Positions 1 through 9,830 of a stretch of DNA of 64,000 bases are shown here, one piece after another. The notes under the pieces are model-generated. The model had not been told where the DNA came from, did no database searches, and saw only the letters and a program-made list of their open reading frames with translations. Numbering within the stretch: position 1 is the stretch's first letter; each line of letters begins with the position of its first letter. The translations under genes and the position numbers were made by a program. Source of the DNA: a virus (Duplodnaviria; Heunggongvirae; Uroviricota; Caudoviricetes); the IMG/VR virus record IMGVR_UViG_2872147552_000001; one strand, written 5' to 3'.

Positions 1-374
1 CAGCCGGGCTACGTCGCCGCTTTTTAACCCAGTATAAACGACATAATTGAACAAAATGACGTAACAGGATGGGCGGTCAGTGGCTAAGAATCCGGGAGTC
101 ATATGGAGTTGAAAATATACCAACCGCCCATTCTGTTACTTCATCGGAGGGAACATGAATGTTCCCTCCTGCGTTCTGCAATCACACTCGCTCAGTGTGT
201 CCCATTTCGGTAACGAGGCTGGAAACTGACCTCGCTGGTGTTTGGCTTATTAGGCTACTGCCAGATAGACTTCTTCGTTTGCACTTGTATTTAAGTTCAA
301 ACAGTCGCGTCTCAACGAAAACAAAGTCATCTTATACATAAAAGATAAGTAAGTAAATACTTATCACCATGTTT

Positions 375-665
375 TTATTCGGTTGTGACTTTTTTGATCA
401 AGGCCACTCTACGACTAGGTGTTCTTGTGATGGTGGCAGTGAATCGTTTCGCTTGGATAGTAATGGTTTCGTTCTCCTTAAGTTGCCCGTAGCGAGTTTC
501 CACCAGGGTGCCAAGACGCCACAGACCATCATCGATACGTTTATGACTAGCAAATTTAATCAGCAACAGTTTTACGACTAACTGACCTACGTAAAAGGCG
601 AATGCGACTCCGGCCGCTAAGAAATAGGTGGCCAACCACCATTCCCAAGAAGTTAAATTGCTCAT
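375..665 (-). CDS. hypothetical small membrane protein (N-terminal TM helix)
   Basis: ORF with AAGGTG RBS about 6 nt upstream of ATG; hydrophobic N-terminus WWLATYFLAAGVAFAFYV; last gene of the minus-strand replication operon. Confidence 0.45.
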   Translation of the reverse strand: MSNLTSWEWWLATYFLAAGVAFAFYVGQLVVKLLLIKFASHKRIDDGLWRLGTLVETRYGQLKENETITIQAKRFTATITRTPSRRVALIKKVTTE

Positions 666-810
666 TTTTTCACCTTTGTTTCATGAACTACCCGATACAC
701 ACGCTTTCCGATGCACAGTGTTTTGGTTTTAAGTTCCTGCTTAATTAAATCACGACAGATGCCGAAGCCGATAAGGAAGCCACCCATAAAAGCTAATGAG
801 ATGTATGGAA

Positions 811-1026
811 TCATTTTAACACTCCTGATTCTACTAATTGCTGTAGCAATACTTTCCCTTTATCAGTTAACTGGTAGTTGGCCGAGCACCACGTTTCAGA
901 AACGTTTGCAACCAACCCTAAACGCTCTAACTTAGCTCGCGTTTTAGGCTTCCAGTACTCAGGGAACTCCGGCCACTTACTGATTTCATGAAGCGTTTCT
1001 TTCTCCCTTTTACTTAATACGATCAT
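811..1026 (-). CDS. hypothetical small protein
   Basis: Start overlaps ligase stop (ATGA coupling); overlapping plus-strand ORF 711..935 judged less likely. Confidence 0.4.
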   Translation of the reverse strand: MIVLSKREKETLHEISKWPEFPEYWKPKTRAKLERLGLVANVSETWCSANYQLTDKGKVLLQQLVESGVLK

Positions 1027-2345
1027 TCTTTATCTCCGATTCGATCTTCTGTATCGCGTAAGCAACGCGGCCATTTCAGTCGTGGGTGGCGTAAGCTGCC
1101 GTCCGGTGTTTTCTCGTGACAATGAACCTCGACAATACGACCACGGTACTTCTCTTTGTTGTTCCAGATCTCGTCCAGATATTTATGCTTAATGCCGCTC
1201 GCACGAACGATGACGCCGTTTTCAAGACGAATAACAATTTTTCCAAGTGTGTTGGCAAAACCAGAGTCCGGGTCGCCCGGCTCAAAGTCGATAATTTCAC
1301 CATCTTCTGAATCTTCGTCTTTTAACTTCCACCAGCTGCGGGTACGTTTAAACTCGTAAACAGAGTTCGGATCTTTGCCCATCTCCCCTTCTTCGTTATC
1401 GTCCAGGCGTTTCATGAAGCGTTCGATGAAGTCTTCGTGGCTATGGATGATGTAGAACGGATGTAGGTGAATGTCTTGCGCGTAGTCTTCACTGCGATCG
1501 TTTTTGAACAACGCCACGAGAATAGCCAGGCGCTCTTTCAGCTTCATACCTGTCTTTGCATACTCTTTGGATTTAGCCTGTGCTCGCCATTCCGGTAGGA
1601 AGAAGTCGAAAACATGATAAATAGCGCCAATTGCCTGCACGTTCTTTTTGCGCAATGCAGATACGGACTGGTTAAATGAACCGGCTGTTCCTTCACCATC
1701 GAAGAAGATGTGTTTGTGGCCTGAAAGTTTGCCTAATTCGAGCATGGCTGGCTTTAGGTGATCGAGAGACGTGATTGGATTACCAGTACGAGAAAGGAAG
1801 TTCACCTCTTCCTCGTCAACAATAACCTCACAAATTACTCGCAAACCATCGAGCTTAAGACTGCCAATCATCGGCCATTTTGCTTTAGGATTTGGCTTGA
1901 AGGGGTATTTGTCGCCTTTTTCTTTATACGGTGACGCCAGCTGCACCTCGAATTTCGGAATGGGATTTTCAAAAACCTTGTTGCATAGGCTAATCCCAAC
2001 ACCTGCTTTCGGGTCTTTTAAGAGGAAACGACGGAACACGTCCTGCCCATCGGCGCACATTGACGCCACGATAGACTCAACAGCTTCTATTGCTGCGTTC
2101 CCCGTCAGCTCGCGAGAGGCCAGCTTATTCAGTACATCAATGGCTTTTTCGTCACTTGGGACGGACTCACTAAGCGGCTCTGCCACTTTGTATTTCTTTA
2201 CCCCAAAACGGATGAAAGGGTTGAGCATCAATGAAACCATGCTTTGCTCGAAGTCATCCATGTTGGCCAATGCCTCTTTTTTTGCATTGGTTCCCATAGC
2301 TTTCATTTCGTCCAGCTTATGCTTAAGTGCGATCAACTTTTTCAT
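1023..2345 (-). CDS. ATP-dependent DNA ligase (T7-type)
   Basis: Adenylation motif KLDGLR (K-x-D-G-x-R), FDGEG and WWKLK motifs; 440 aa; translationally coupled to neighbours. Confidence 0.85.
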   Translation of the reverse strand: MKKLIALKHKLDEMKAMGTNAKKEALANMDDFEQSMVSLMLNPFIRFGVKKYKVAEPLSESVPSDEKAIDVLNKLASRELTGNAAIEAVESIVASMCADGQDVFRRFLLKDPKAGVGISLCNKVFENPIPKFEVQLASPYKEKGDKYPFKPNPKAKWPMIGSLKLDGLRVICEVIVDEEEVNFLSRTGNPITSLDHLKPAMLELGKLSGHKHIFFDGEGTAGSFNQSVSALRKKNVQAIGAIYHVFDFFLPEWRAQAKSKEYAKTGMKLKERLAILVALFKNDRSEDYAQDIHLHPFYIIHSHEDFIERFMKRLDDNEEGEMGKDPNSVYEFKRTRSWWKLKDEDSEDGEIIDFEPGDPDSGFANTLGKIVIRLENGVIVRASGIKHKYLDEIWNNKEKYRGRIVEVHCHEKTPDGSLRHPRLKWPRCLRDTEDRIGDKE

Positions 2346-2824
2346 TGTTGTTTTGCCTCCATATGTTGATCGATTTGCTCATGTGTTTCTTTTGTTGTTT
2401 CTTCAAGCAACGCCGCATACACGTCAGTGATCGCTGTTTGTGATGTGGTGCTCTTCTTAACCATGCTATTAATCGTTACACTGTCACGTTTTCGTTTTAT
2501 AGTTCTGGCTTGTTTATTCCGTTCTTCAACCTCCTTAATGAGCGCGGTCATATCTTCGAAATACAGAGATTCTCCTTTACGAATCTCTTCAACCATCATT
2601 TTTAACGCCTTGCATTTGCCTGCTTTAATAGCGGTTGCGCACGACTGGAAAGAAGTTCGAGGAAGACGGTTTTCTTTGAAGGCAAGAATGGTGTGCTGGC
2701 AAACGGAATAGCTGCAATATGCCGACTCACCGTTTATCTTTACTTCCTCACAACGAAGTGAATAACCGTTATTTCCTGAAATAGAAGGGATTTTTGACAA
2801 ATCAGCTTTCACAACTACCGCCAT
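2342..2824 (-). CDS. hypothetical Cys-rich protein in replication module
   Basis: 160-aa ORF, ATGA overlap with ligase start; several Cys pairs (possible Zn binding). Confidence 0.5.
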   Translation of the reverse strand: MAVVVKADLSKIPSISGNNGYSLRCEEVKINGESAYCSYSVCQHTILAFKENRLPRTSFQSCATAIKAGKCKALKMMVEEIRKGESLYFEDMTALIKEVEERNKQARTIKRKRDSVTINSMVKKSTTSQTAITDVYAALLEETTKETHEQIDQHMEAKQQ

Positions 2825-2879
2825 AAATAATCTTGTACTTACCTATCGTTATTTGCGTAAAAAACGACGCGCGGAGAGA

Positions 2880-3656
2880 TTACCAACTTCCCCAGCTAAC
2901 CATCTTGCGCTGATTGCTTTCTAAGCGATAGGGGACAAGAAGCTCTGTGACATGATTGGTGGCGTATGATTTGGCCTCTTGCTCTATCATCGGTAATTCG
3001 TTAGCAATCCTGACCACCTTCCAAGCAAATTCCGCCATTACGCCATCACATGCCTTCCCAGCATCAATAACGATATGCACCAGATCCAACTGGCTTTTGC
3101 ACATGTCGCAAAGAGACGCATACTCACTCTCTCTGATTACATTTACGGCATCATTAGCCCCTTTATTAAGCAAGACTTCCAACAGATTTTTCGGGGTAAC
3201 GAAATCTGCTTTCAGAGATAATGTCTTTTCACCACTTATCGAACGCAAGTACTCTTCGTAGTTATTCTTCATCAAACCGCTGCTGCGCATTGCTAGAACT
3301 GCTTCTTGAATGGCCGCTTCAATAGTTTCGTCGTTTGAAAGACAAAAAACGGTATTTGTGTAGATCACTTTTCCATCCATCCATGCACCAACCTGCACTT
3401 TAAGACTGAGCGGGTTTTCTTTGCTAATAAAAACAACTAATGCAGAACGCCGTGAACAAGAAGGTTCACCCCATACGTGTAACTCAACTTTCAGATAAGG
3501 TAGCCCTGGTAGCGGGATCTCGACCAAACGAGTGGCGATATGATCCATTGCTGTTTTTACGGCTTTTTCAATGATGTCTAGCCGATTGCTCTCGCTGATT
3601 TCTAAACCAGTTTTATCAATGATGTCGCAGGCTAATTTCTGAATTTCGTCTTTCAT
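2880..3656 (-). CDS. hypothetical protein (replication module)
   Basis: 258-aa ORF with AGGAG RBS; TAAGTA..TACTTA operator about 40 nt upstream. Confidence 0.55.
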   Translation of the reverse strand: MKDEIQKLACDIIDKTGLEISESNRLDIIEKAVKTAMDHIATRLVEIPLPGLPYLKVELHVWGEPSCSRRSALVVFISKENPLSLKVQVGAWMDGKVIYTNTVFCLSNDETIEAAIQEAVLAMRSSGLMKNNYEEYLRSISGEKTLSLKADFVTPKNLLEVLLNKGANDAVNVIRESEYASLCDMCKSQLDLVHIVIDAGKACDGVMAEFAWKVVRIANELPMIEQEAKSYATNHVTELLVPYRLESNQRKMVSWGSW

Positions 3657-3734
3657 ACCAACTCCTAGCTAACAGATGAAAGTATTCTCACAGAAAGATA
3701 AGTAATCATCTACTTATTTTAAAGGTGATTGTTA

Positions 3735-4913
3735 TCATAGAGCCTTAATGCCCAAAACCTTGCTTTGTAACTCCAACTGCTTGGTATACGGTTTTGCCCG
3801 ATAATAGGCTTTGATGATTTGCTCTGGCGTTGCATCGCCCGGGTCGAGTCCTTCCTCGCCCAAACACGCCACTTTGACATTAAGACCAATACTGGTCAGT
3901 CGCCTGGCTGCGGCCATAGTGTTGCGTATAGCTTGCTTTTCACTATCCCACATCATGATCACATTACGTAATCCACGCGCCTTGAGCGTCAGGAACGCGC
4001 CCAACTGATCTTCTGCATCCTGAGTGGTGTTACCAGATAGATGCATCCCGAACGTTCCTATCGGTTCCACGTAATCACGTAATGTTTCTTCATCAAAAAT
4101 AGCTCGTTTAACTCCCATAACATCGAACGCCCCCTCACAGACAACTACAGTCTGTTTGCCGACCGCATTATGGCCGTTGTAGAGAAACTTACCTGAAGCT
4201 GGAAGCTGCATAGGAAAGAGGTAGCGGCGTTCTGCTGTACCGGTAATGTCTCGCCCCTGAAATGTCTTCATTACCCCATCCAGATCGTAAACCGGTATCA
4301 GTATTCGCATATCGAATATCTGTCCTTTAACCTGATCTGTATACGGATCTACATAAGCGTGCTTGCCTTCGACGCAGTATCGTAGGTCAAAATACTTTGC
4401 CATTTCAGGCGATATGTTTCGTTCAACCAGATAGTCTGGAAGACGGCCATCTATAGGAAGTTCGTAATGACGAGGGAGTGCAAGTGGTCCCTCTAACTCG
4501 ACTGTGCTTGCAAGCACTATCTCTTCTTTCTTTGGTGCCCACCCCTGGGAAAGAAGGGCGTTCTGCACATATTCCTCGAACTGTCGTCGTGATTTGCCGC
4601 TGTAGTGCTTGAGGAAGACCAGCTTATTGAACTGAATCTCTTCGGGATGATCACCAGCGAAGCATTTACCGACGCCACTGGTCAGATTGAAATATACCTT
4701 CCAGTTGGAGCTGCCACATACCGGACACTCCTTGATATTCACTTCACGACCGCGAGTACTCACGCCTCCACGTCGATAAACGATACCTTCAGTATCCAAC
4801 CATTGTTCAAAATCTAATTCGGTAATTAGCTCTTTCAGCTCGCTCACGATAATTCCACTTTTAACAGGCAATATTGTGACCAACCTAAATGTTGATATAA
4901 CATAAAGGCTCAT
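3735..4913 (-). CDS. DNA primase (Zn-ribbon + TOPRIM)
   Basis: CPVCGSS...GKCFAGDH zinc-binding motif and TOPRIM-like VVVCEGAFDVMG / LGEEGLDPGD; track ORF extends to 4985 but a hairpin lies at 4967-4988, so start placed at Met25 (4913); start uncertain. Confidence 0.7.
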   Translation of the reverse strand: MSLYVISTFRLVTILPVKSGIIVSELKELITELDFEQWLDTEGIVYRRGGVSTRGREVNIKECPVCGSSNWKVYFNLTSGVGKCFAGDHPEEIQFNKLVFLKHYSGKSRRQFEEYVQNALLSQGWAPKKEEIVLASTVELEGPLALPRHYELPIDGRLPDYLVERNISPEMAKYFDLRYCVEGKHAYVDPYTDQVKGQIFDMRILIPVYDLDGVMKTFQGRDITGTAERRYLFPMQLPASGKFLYNGHNAVGKQTVVVCEGAFDVMGVKRAIFDEETLRDYVEPIGTFGMHLSGNTTQDAEDQLGAFLTLKARGLRNVIMMWDSEKQAIRNTMAAARRLTSIGLNVKVACLGEEGLDPGDATPEQIIKAYYRAKPYTKQLELQSKVLGIKAL

Positions 4914-4994
4914 GTGTTTTTCTTTTGTGGTTTGGCAAAAGAAAAGTTGTTTCACCAATGAATCAAGCGTGGAGGTGTTCTCCACGCTTATTTT

Positions 4995-6335
4995 TTAGGT
5001 AACGTCTAAGATTCGCTCAATGAAGCGCATTTGTTCGAGGTTTTGTTTAACGCGAATGCTGATCCCTCCCTGCTGGTTACGTGAACCAGCAAAGTAGAGA
5101 CGAGCCTCTCCTTTCGCTTCTTCTTCTTCGGTTTTGTTGATCGTTATTACCAGGTCAGCAATACGTACTTTTTCGATGTTGTCGGCAGCGTGCATCATTG
5201 TGGCAACTTCTGACGCGCCACCTTCACGGTTTGTCTGCGATGCCGTGATACCAGCAACGTTGTGTTTGTCATAAAGAGCACGTAAGTCGGTATAGATACT
5301 ACGTATGTTGGCGCGATCATCACGAAGGTCATAACTGGCACGCATCAAATCTGCATAGTCGACAACAACCATGTCAGGCACCATGCCATTGGCTTTCATG
5401 CTGTTAAGCATACGATCCAGATCTGCCGGTGACATACTTCCTGACGGACGCTCAACAACCCACAAACTACCAATCCCCTTCGTGGCTCCCAACTCTGCCA
5501 ACTTACGATGAACCTCATCGCGCCGTTCCACCAGCTTGGACATTTCTGTCTCCGACAATCTTGCATCAAAACGGTCGGATAAAATGGTGGTGTGAACCTC
5601 CAGCGAGAGATACAGAACATTGTAGCCAGCAAGCGTTGCGTTTATGGAAAACTCACCCATTGCGGTCGATTTACCGGATTTAGCGAACCCCATGAAGAGC
5701 ACCATTTCACGCTTCGCCCAGCCTTTTTGGTACAGCAACCTATCGAGCAGAGGGAGTCCAGTTGTAATGCTGTTTGGCACATACTCCTCTGAAGCCTCAT
5801 ATTCACGCGCCTTCAATCGCTCACTTGCGGAGGTGTAGTAGTCATAGATTCCGGTCGCTTCGTTCGATCCAATCTGCTGAACCTTGGCCATGATTGCCAT
5901 CGCCCCCTGAAAGTCGCCTTTCTCTTTCAGTTCAGCAGCCTTAATCAGAGCATCATCAAACGCTACACTTTTTGCGAAGGTTGATACCTGGTCAACCATG
6001 TACGAGGTATCAGACAATTTTTCTGCAAGGATGCGCTTAAACGCAGCAACAACATCGGCGAATAGTTCCTCACGGATAGTCTTATCGCGTTTCGCACGCT
6101 TAAGCATATCCAGAATCGCAGATGAAGAGGGCGCGCTCTTGTACATACGGTAATAGCCCGAAACCATATTAACCAATATGGCATTGGCCGCATTGGCAAA
6201 TTGGCTAGGTACAACCAGATCTCCAGCACGAGTAAGAAACTCGTGATCACGACAAAAATAGGCCGTCAATCTGTTCTGAAAATCTTCATCAAACTCTTCG
6301 GACAGCCCGCGTCCTGTATGGCAAAGTTCGGTCAT
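4995..6335 (-). CDS. replicative DNA helicase (DnaB / T7 gp4-helicase family)
   Basis: Walker A GFAKSGKST, Walker B VVVDYADLM, RecA-like C-terminal domain; 446 aa. Confidence 0.85.
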   Translation of the reverse strand: MTELCHTGRGLSEEFDEDFQNRLTAYFCRDHEFLTRAGDLVVPSQFANAANAILVNMVSGYYRMYKSAPSSSAILDMLKRAKRDKTIREELFADVVAAFKRILAEKLSDTSYMVDQVSTFAKSVAFDDALIKAAELKEKGDFQGAMAIMAKVQQIGSNEATGIYDYYTSASERLKAREYEASEEYVPNSITTGLPLLDRLLYQKGWAKREMVLFMGFAKSGKSTAMGEFSINATLAGYNVLYLSLEVHTTILSDRFDARLSETEMSKLVERRDEVHRKLAELGATKGIGSLWVVERPSGSMSPADLDRMLNSMKANGMVPDMVVVDYADLMRASYDLRDDRANIRSIYTDLRALYDKHNVAGITASQTNREGGASEVATMMHAADNIEKVRIADLVITINKTEEEEAKGEARLYFAGSRNQQGGISIRVKQNLEQMRFIERILDVT

Positions 6336-6378
6336 GTGCTTTCCTTTGTTTTTTAAACAAATTGTTTTCTAGTATTAG

Positions 6379-7128
6379 TTAATTAGATAGGGGATCAATA
6401 AACCGCCGTGCTTCTTCCAGTTCTTCTGGAAAGTGGGCGGAAATAAGGCGCTCTGGAACGATTTCCATTAGCCAGATAGCGGAGAAAATTGCGCGTATGC
6501 GCTTGCTGCGGGGGATGGTGCGTAAACGCTCCAGAATCCACTCAAAATAGCTTTCCTGAATCGGGTTGAACTGCATGTCCCCCATATGCTTAAAGCTAAC
6601 CAGAGAGTCATCCAGACGGGTTGTTGCGCGTCTGGCTAATTTCTCTTCGAATATCTCAATCAGTTCTTGCTGCCATAAATGCTGTGGGCGCGGCAGCTTG
6701 TCCCACAGCCGTCGTGCAGCTGCGGAAAGAACGGTGGAGATAAAGTAGTCGTATGAGCAGCAATAGCGATCCGCAAACTGGCGCGCTTTCCATAGCGACG
6801 TTTTATTGGCAGTCGACAACTCCTGATAAGGCAGGCGTTTTAACCCGGTGGTGAACGGAGCTGTTTCAAAGTGTTCGCGACCGTGCGTCAGCATGATATT
6901 TGAGTACTGACGTTTGTATGCCTCCGTAAAAAGACAGGTGGCCATGAGAGGATGCATGTCGCGGTAATCAAACCACTTCGTCTCGAAGAGTTCAGCCTCG
7001 TCTTTACAGCGCGACAAACCAATGTTTTCAGCGACCCACTTGTCCATAACAGCGGTATTCCACTCTGTCATGAAGTCGTACTGGTCGTTGTCGATGGTAT
7101 CGAAAAAGATCTGGCTCATGTGGCTCAC
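6379..7128 (-). CDS. hypothetical protein, first gene of replication operon
   Basis: 249-aa ORF with AGGTGAG RBS; operator motif immediately upstream. Confidence 0.55.
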   Translation of the reverse strand: MSHMSQIFFDTIDNDQYDFMTEWNTAVMDKWVAENIGLSRCKDEAELFETKWFDYRDMHPLMATCLFTEAYKRQYSNIMLTHGREHFETAPFTTGLKRLPYQELSTANKTSLWKARQFADRYCCSYDYFISTVLSAAARRLWDKLPRPQHLWQQELIEIFEEKLARRATTRLDDSLVSFKHMGDMQFNPIQESYFEWILERLRTIPRSKRIRAIFSAIWLMEIVPERLISAHFPEELEEARRFIDPLSN

Positions 7129-7233
7129 CTGGTAGGTAGTTACTTACTTATCACGATGAGCGGATGATAGCGACTGGTGGCAGTTTTTGGAAGTGGAAAC
7201 GGAAGGGAGTTGTTCTGGTGGTGTCTTTTAAAA

Positions 7234-7291
7234 GACCTGCTTCCGTATATATATTTAATAAGTTACTTATTATTTATATACAGAAACAGGT
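7234..7291. repeat. 58-bp AT-rich imperfect palindrome, copy 1 (second copy at 40272-40329)
   Basis: gacctgcttccgtatatatatttaataagttacttattatttatatacagaaacaggtc; about 95% identical to copy 2. Confidence 0.7.
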
Positions 7292-7491
7292 CAAGAAACC
7301 AACCCAACCTAGTTTTTAGTCTCATGGTATGCAACCTTAAGATCTACTTTAAAACAGCTGCACGCCAGACGGTTGCAACATTGTTAAGTGTAACAAATTA
7401 TTGTAGATTACTCAGGCACAGAATAGCGTCTACAACTTAAGAAACGTCCAGAAATAAACAATGTTCCAATCACGTAGAAAGGGAATTAAGA

Positions 7492-8169
7492 ATGAAGGCG
7501 AATAAGTCAGCGGCACTTTTAGTTTTATTATTAGCCGGTTGCGCGCAACAAAGTAACCCACAACAAAATGCCACTGTAAAACCAATCCTAACCCAAGAAA
7601 TATTGCCTTCCTCTAACGTAGAGTCAAAGGCGAAAATGGGTGACCTTGTCGTTTATAACACGTTTGTGTCCACGTTAAAAACCGACATGGTCACTCTTGG
7701 TAACGCTTCTGGTTCGATGTCTGAGATTAAAGCGGGCAACTACTGCCACGTTGGTGGTGGGGTCTACCGGAACTTTGAAGACTCAAAAGCTGTGGGCCTG
7801 AAGGCCATTACAGGGCAGGTAGTGAGCCACACTGATAACGTCAAGTATGACAAGGTCAAAAACACTATATCTCCTCCAAACACCACGACGTTCGACGCCT
7901 CCGAAATATCCATAAAATTCGCACAAAATGTCCCCTGCCATGTAGAGAAAAAGATTGTTCAGTCTATTTCTTATAATGGTAAAAGCGGCGAAGAACTTAA
8001 ATTTATTTATTCCGAAAGCTACCCATATTTAGATGAAACTAAGACTGAGTTTTCAGTGCCTCTTTCCGATGCAAAAACCAAAGTCGAATATAAAAACCTG
8101 GCATTCAGGGTTATTGAAATGGAGGGTACTACAATCCGCTACTATGTATTACCATCTGGCAATAAATAA
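7492..8169 (+). CDS. lipoprotein (signal peptide + lipobox LAGC)
   Basis: N-terminus MKANKSAALLVLLLAGCAQQ; GGAA RBS; sits between replication and partition modules. Confidence 0.7.
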   Translation: MKANKSAALLVLLLAGCAQQSNPQQNATVKPILTQEILPSSNVESKAKMGDLVVYNTFVSTLKTDMVTLGNASGSMSEIKAGNYCHVGGGVYRNFEDSKAVGLKAITGQVVSHTDNVKYDKVKNTISPPNTTTFDASEISIKFAQNVPCHVEKKIVQSISYNGKSGEELKFIYSESYPYLDETKTEFSVPLSDAKTKVEYKNLAFRVIEMEGTTIRYYVLPSGNK

Positions 8170-8184
8170 ACTGCTTTAAAATAT

Positions 8185-8202
8185 AGGCGCCATCTGGCGC
8201 CT
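8185..8202. terminator. bidirectional hairpin terminator
   Basis: aggcgccatctggcgcct stem-loop between convergent lipoprotein and parG-like genes, T-rich flank. Confidence 0.6.
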
Positions 8203-8207
8203 TATTC

Positions 8208-8567
8208 TTAACTCTTCTTCATTAACTCGCGTTTAATTTCATCGGTACGCATCGTGACATCGGCAGCAGTGATCGCCTCGTTCAGCTTCACGATGTCCTC
8301 GATTTCCTGCGGTGTCTTCTCCGCAAGATGGAAAATAGCAGCACGAATCACATCAGAGCGGGTGAATTTCTCAAAGCGAGGGATGAACTTCATCATCTCC
8401 AGCAGTTCGAAGTATTCGTCTTCCAGTGACATTGTGCGGCTTTTAATTTTCTCTTTGCCACGAGTCGGGCGTCCCTGTGGTCTGACTGGTTGGCGCAAAG
8501 GAGTTGTGTTCTTAGCCGGTGCATCAGGCTCTTTGCGCTTTGCTAGGTCACCCATTTTCATGGACAT
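8208..8567 (-). CDS. small partition protein (ParG/RHH-like centromere-binding partner of ParA)
   Basis: 119-aa basic N-terminus, immediately downstream of and overlapping parA stop. Confidence 0.55.
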   Translation of the reverse strand: MSMKMGDLAKRKEPDAPAKNTTPLRQPVRPQGRPTRGKEKIKSRTMSLEDEYFELLEMMKFIPRFEKFTRSDVIRAAIFHLAEKTPQEIEDIVKLNEAITAADVTMRTDEIKRELMKKS

Positions 8568-9235
8568 TATTCTTTTTCCTCCAGACTCAACAGATAATCT
8601 ACAAATTCTTCAAACTCGGCTTCCGCCTTTTTGTCGCGCTCGCTACCGGTCATTTCAAAGATAGAACGACCAGACTCTTCCGCATCATCATAGACGTTGC
8701 GGTTATATAGATTGACTGGCGCAGACTCGATGCCAAACGTCTCAACAATCTCTTTAGCCGCCAGAATGCGAGACACTTGTGATGGCAAAGCCGGACACTG
8801 GTTCATGACCGCGCGGACCTTCACTTTATCGTTTACATTACGAACATTGTCGATAATAGGATCGATATCACGCAGAGATTTCAAATCACGACGCTTAGGA
8901 CGAAGCGGGATAATGATAACGTCGGCCATCAGCATCGCTTGTCGCTGAATTTCGGAGTCAAAGCCACCAGCATCTACCACGACAAACTCAGCTCTACCCT
9001 GAAGCGATTTTAGGTGCTTAATGATGTCATCCTGAACGTATGCAAAAGGAATCAGCTCAAGGTCTTCGTTCTGTCGACGGTCTTCACACCAGCTCGTTGT
9101 CGTGCGCTGAATATCTATATCGGTAATATAAACCTTCTTCTTCTTTTTGACTTTCAGGCAAACGGCAATTTGCTGGGCAACGGTGGATTTGCCAGGCCCG
9201 CCCTTTGTGCCGCCAACCACAAAGATCTTGGTCAT
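8567..9235 (-). CDS. parA: ParA-family partition ATPase (small type Ib)
   Basis: Deviant Walker A GGTKGGPGKST, Walker B VVVDAGG; 222 aa. Confidence 0.85.
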   Translation of the reverse strand: MTKIFVVGGTKGGPGKSTVAQQIAVCLKVKKKKKVYITDIDIQRTTTSWCEDRRQNEDLELIPFAYVQDDIIKHLKSLQGRAEFVVVDAGGFDSEIQRQAMLMADVIIIPLRPKRRDLKSLRDIDPIIDNVRNVNDKVKVRAVMNQCPALPSQVSRILAAKEIVETFGIESAPVNLYNRNVYDDAEESGRSIFEMTGSERDKKAEAEFEEFVDYLLSLEEKE

Positions 9236-9553
9236 TGGAGAGTTCCCTTTGCGTATATAATTATCGTCTGAAACAACTTGTTTTCTTATATGTGATATAG
9301 CCTAAATGCCTACGGCTGCGGTGTAAAGGTTAAATGGTAGGTTGTGATTAACAATTGGCAATCATAGCTTGTATTTGTCTGTTGAAAAAAGTAACAATGA
9401 CCTCTATATTACAAGTACGGTGTTATGCCGTACACAATTTGATAATGCACACGTAATGGGCTATAGCCTTTTAAAGTAATTTTTGAGTCGAAAACTCAGT
9501 TTGAACAGAGGAGATTGATGGCCTTCCTACATCACGGCCATCAGGAGGAATAC

Positions 9554-9823
9554 ATGTCAGCACTAAAAAAGCAGCGCATCGATTTGAGATTAACCGATGA
9601 CGATAAAAGCATCATCGAGGAAGCTGCCGCAATGTCTAACCAGAGCATTACTCAGTTTATGGTTAGCAGTGCATCTGAACGTGCCGTGAAAGTTATAGAG
9701 CAACACCGTAGACTAGTTCTAAGTGAAGAGTCCTGGAATCTGGTTATGGATGCTATAAGCAATCCTCCGGCACCGAACGACAAGCTGAAACGAGCTGCCA
9801 ATCGTCTGAAAAGCATGGAGTAG
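9554..9823 (+). CDS. antitoxin of GNAT toxin (DUF1778, AtaR/TacA-like)
   Basis: Start placed at MSALKKQRIDLRLTDDDK with AGGAGG RBS (track ORF starts at TTG 9515); 8 nt before toxin gene. Confidence 0.75.
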   Translation: MSALKKQRIDLRLTDDDKSIIEEAAAMSNQSITQFMVSSASERAVKVIEQHRRLVLSEESWNLVMDAISNPPAPNDKLKRAANRLKSME

Positions 9824-9830
9824 TTTACTC

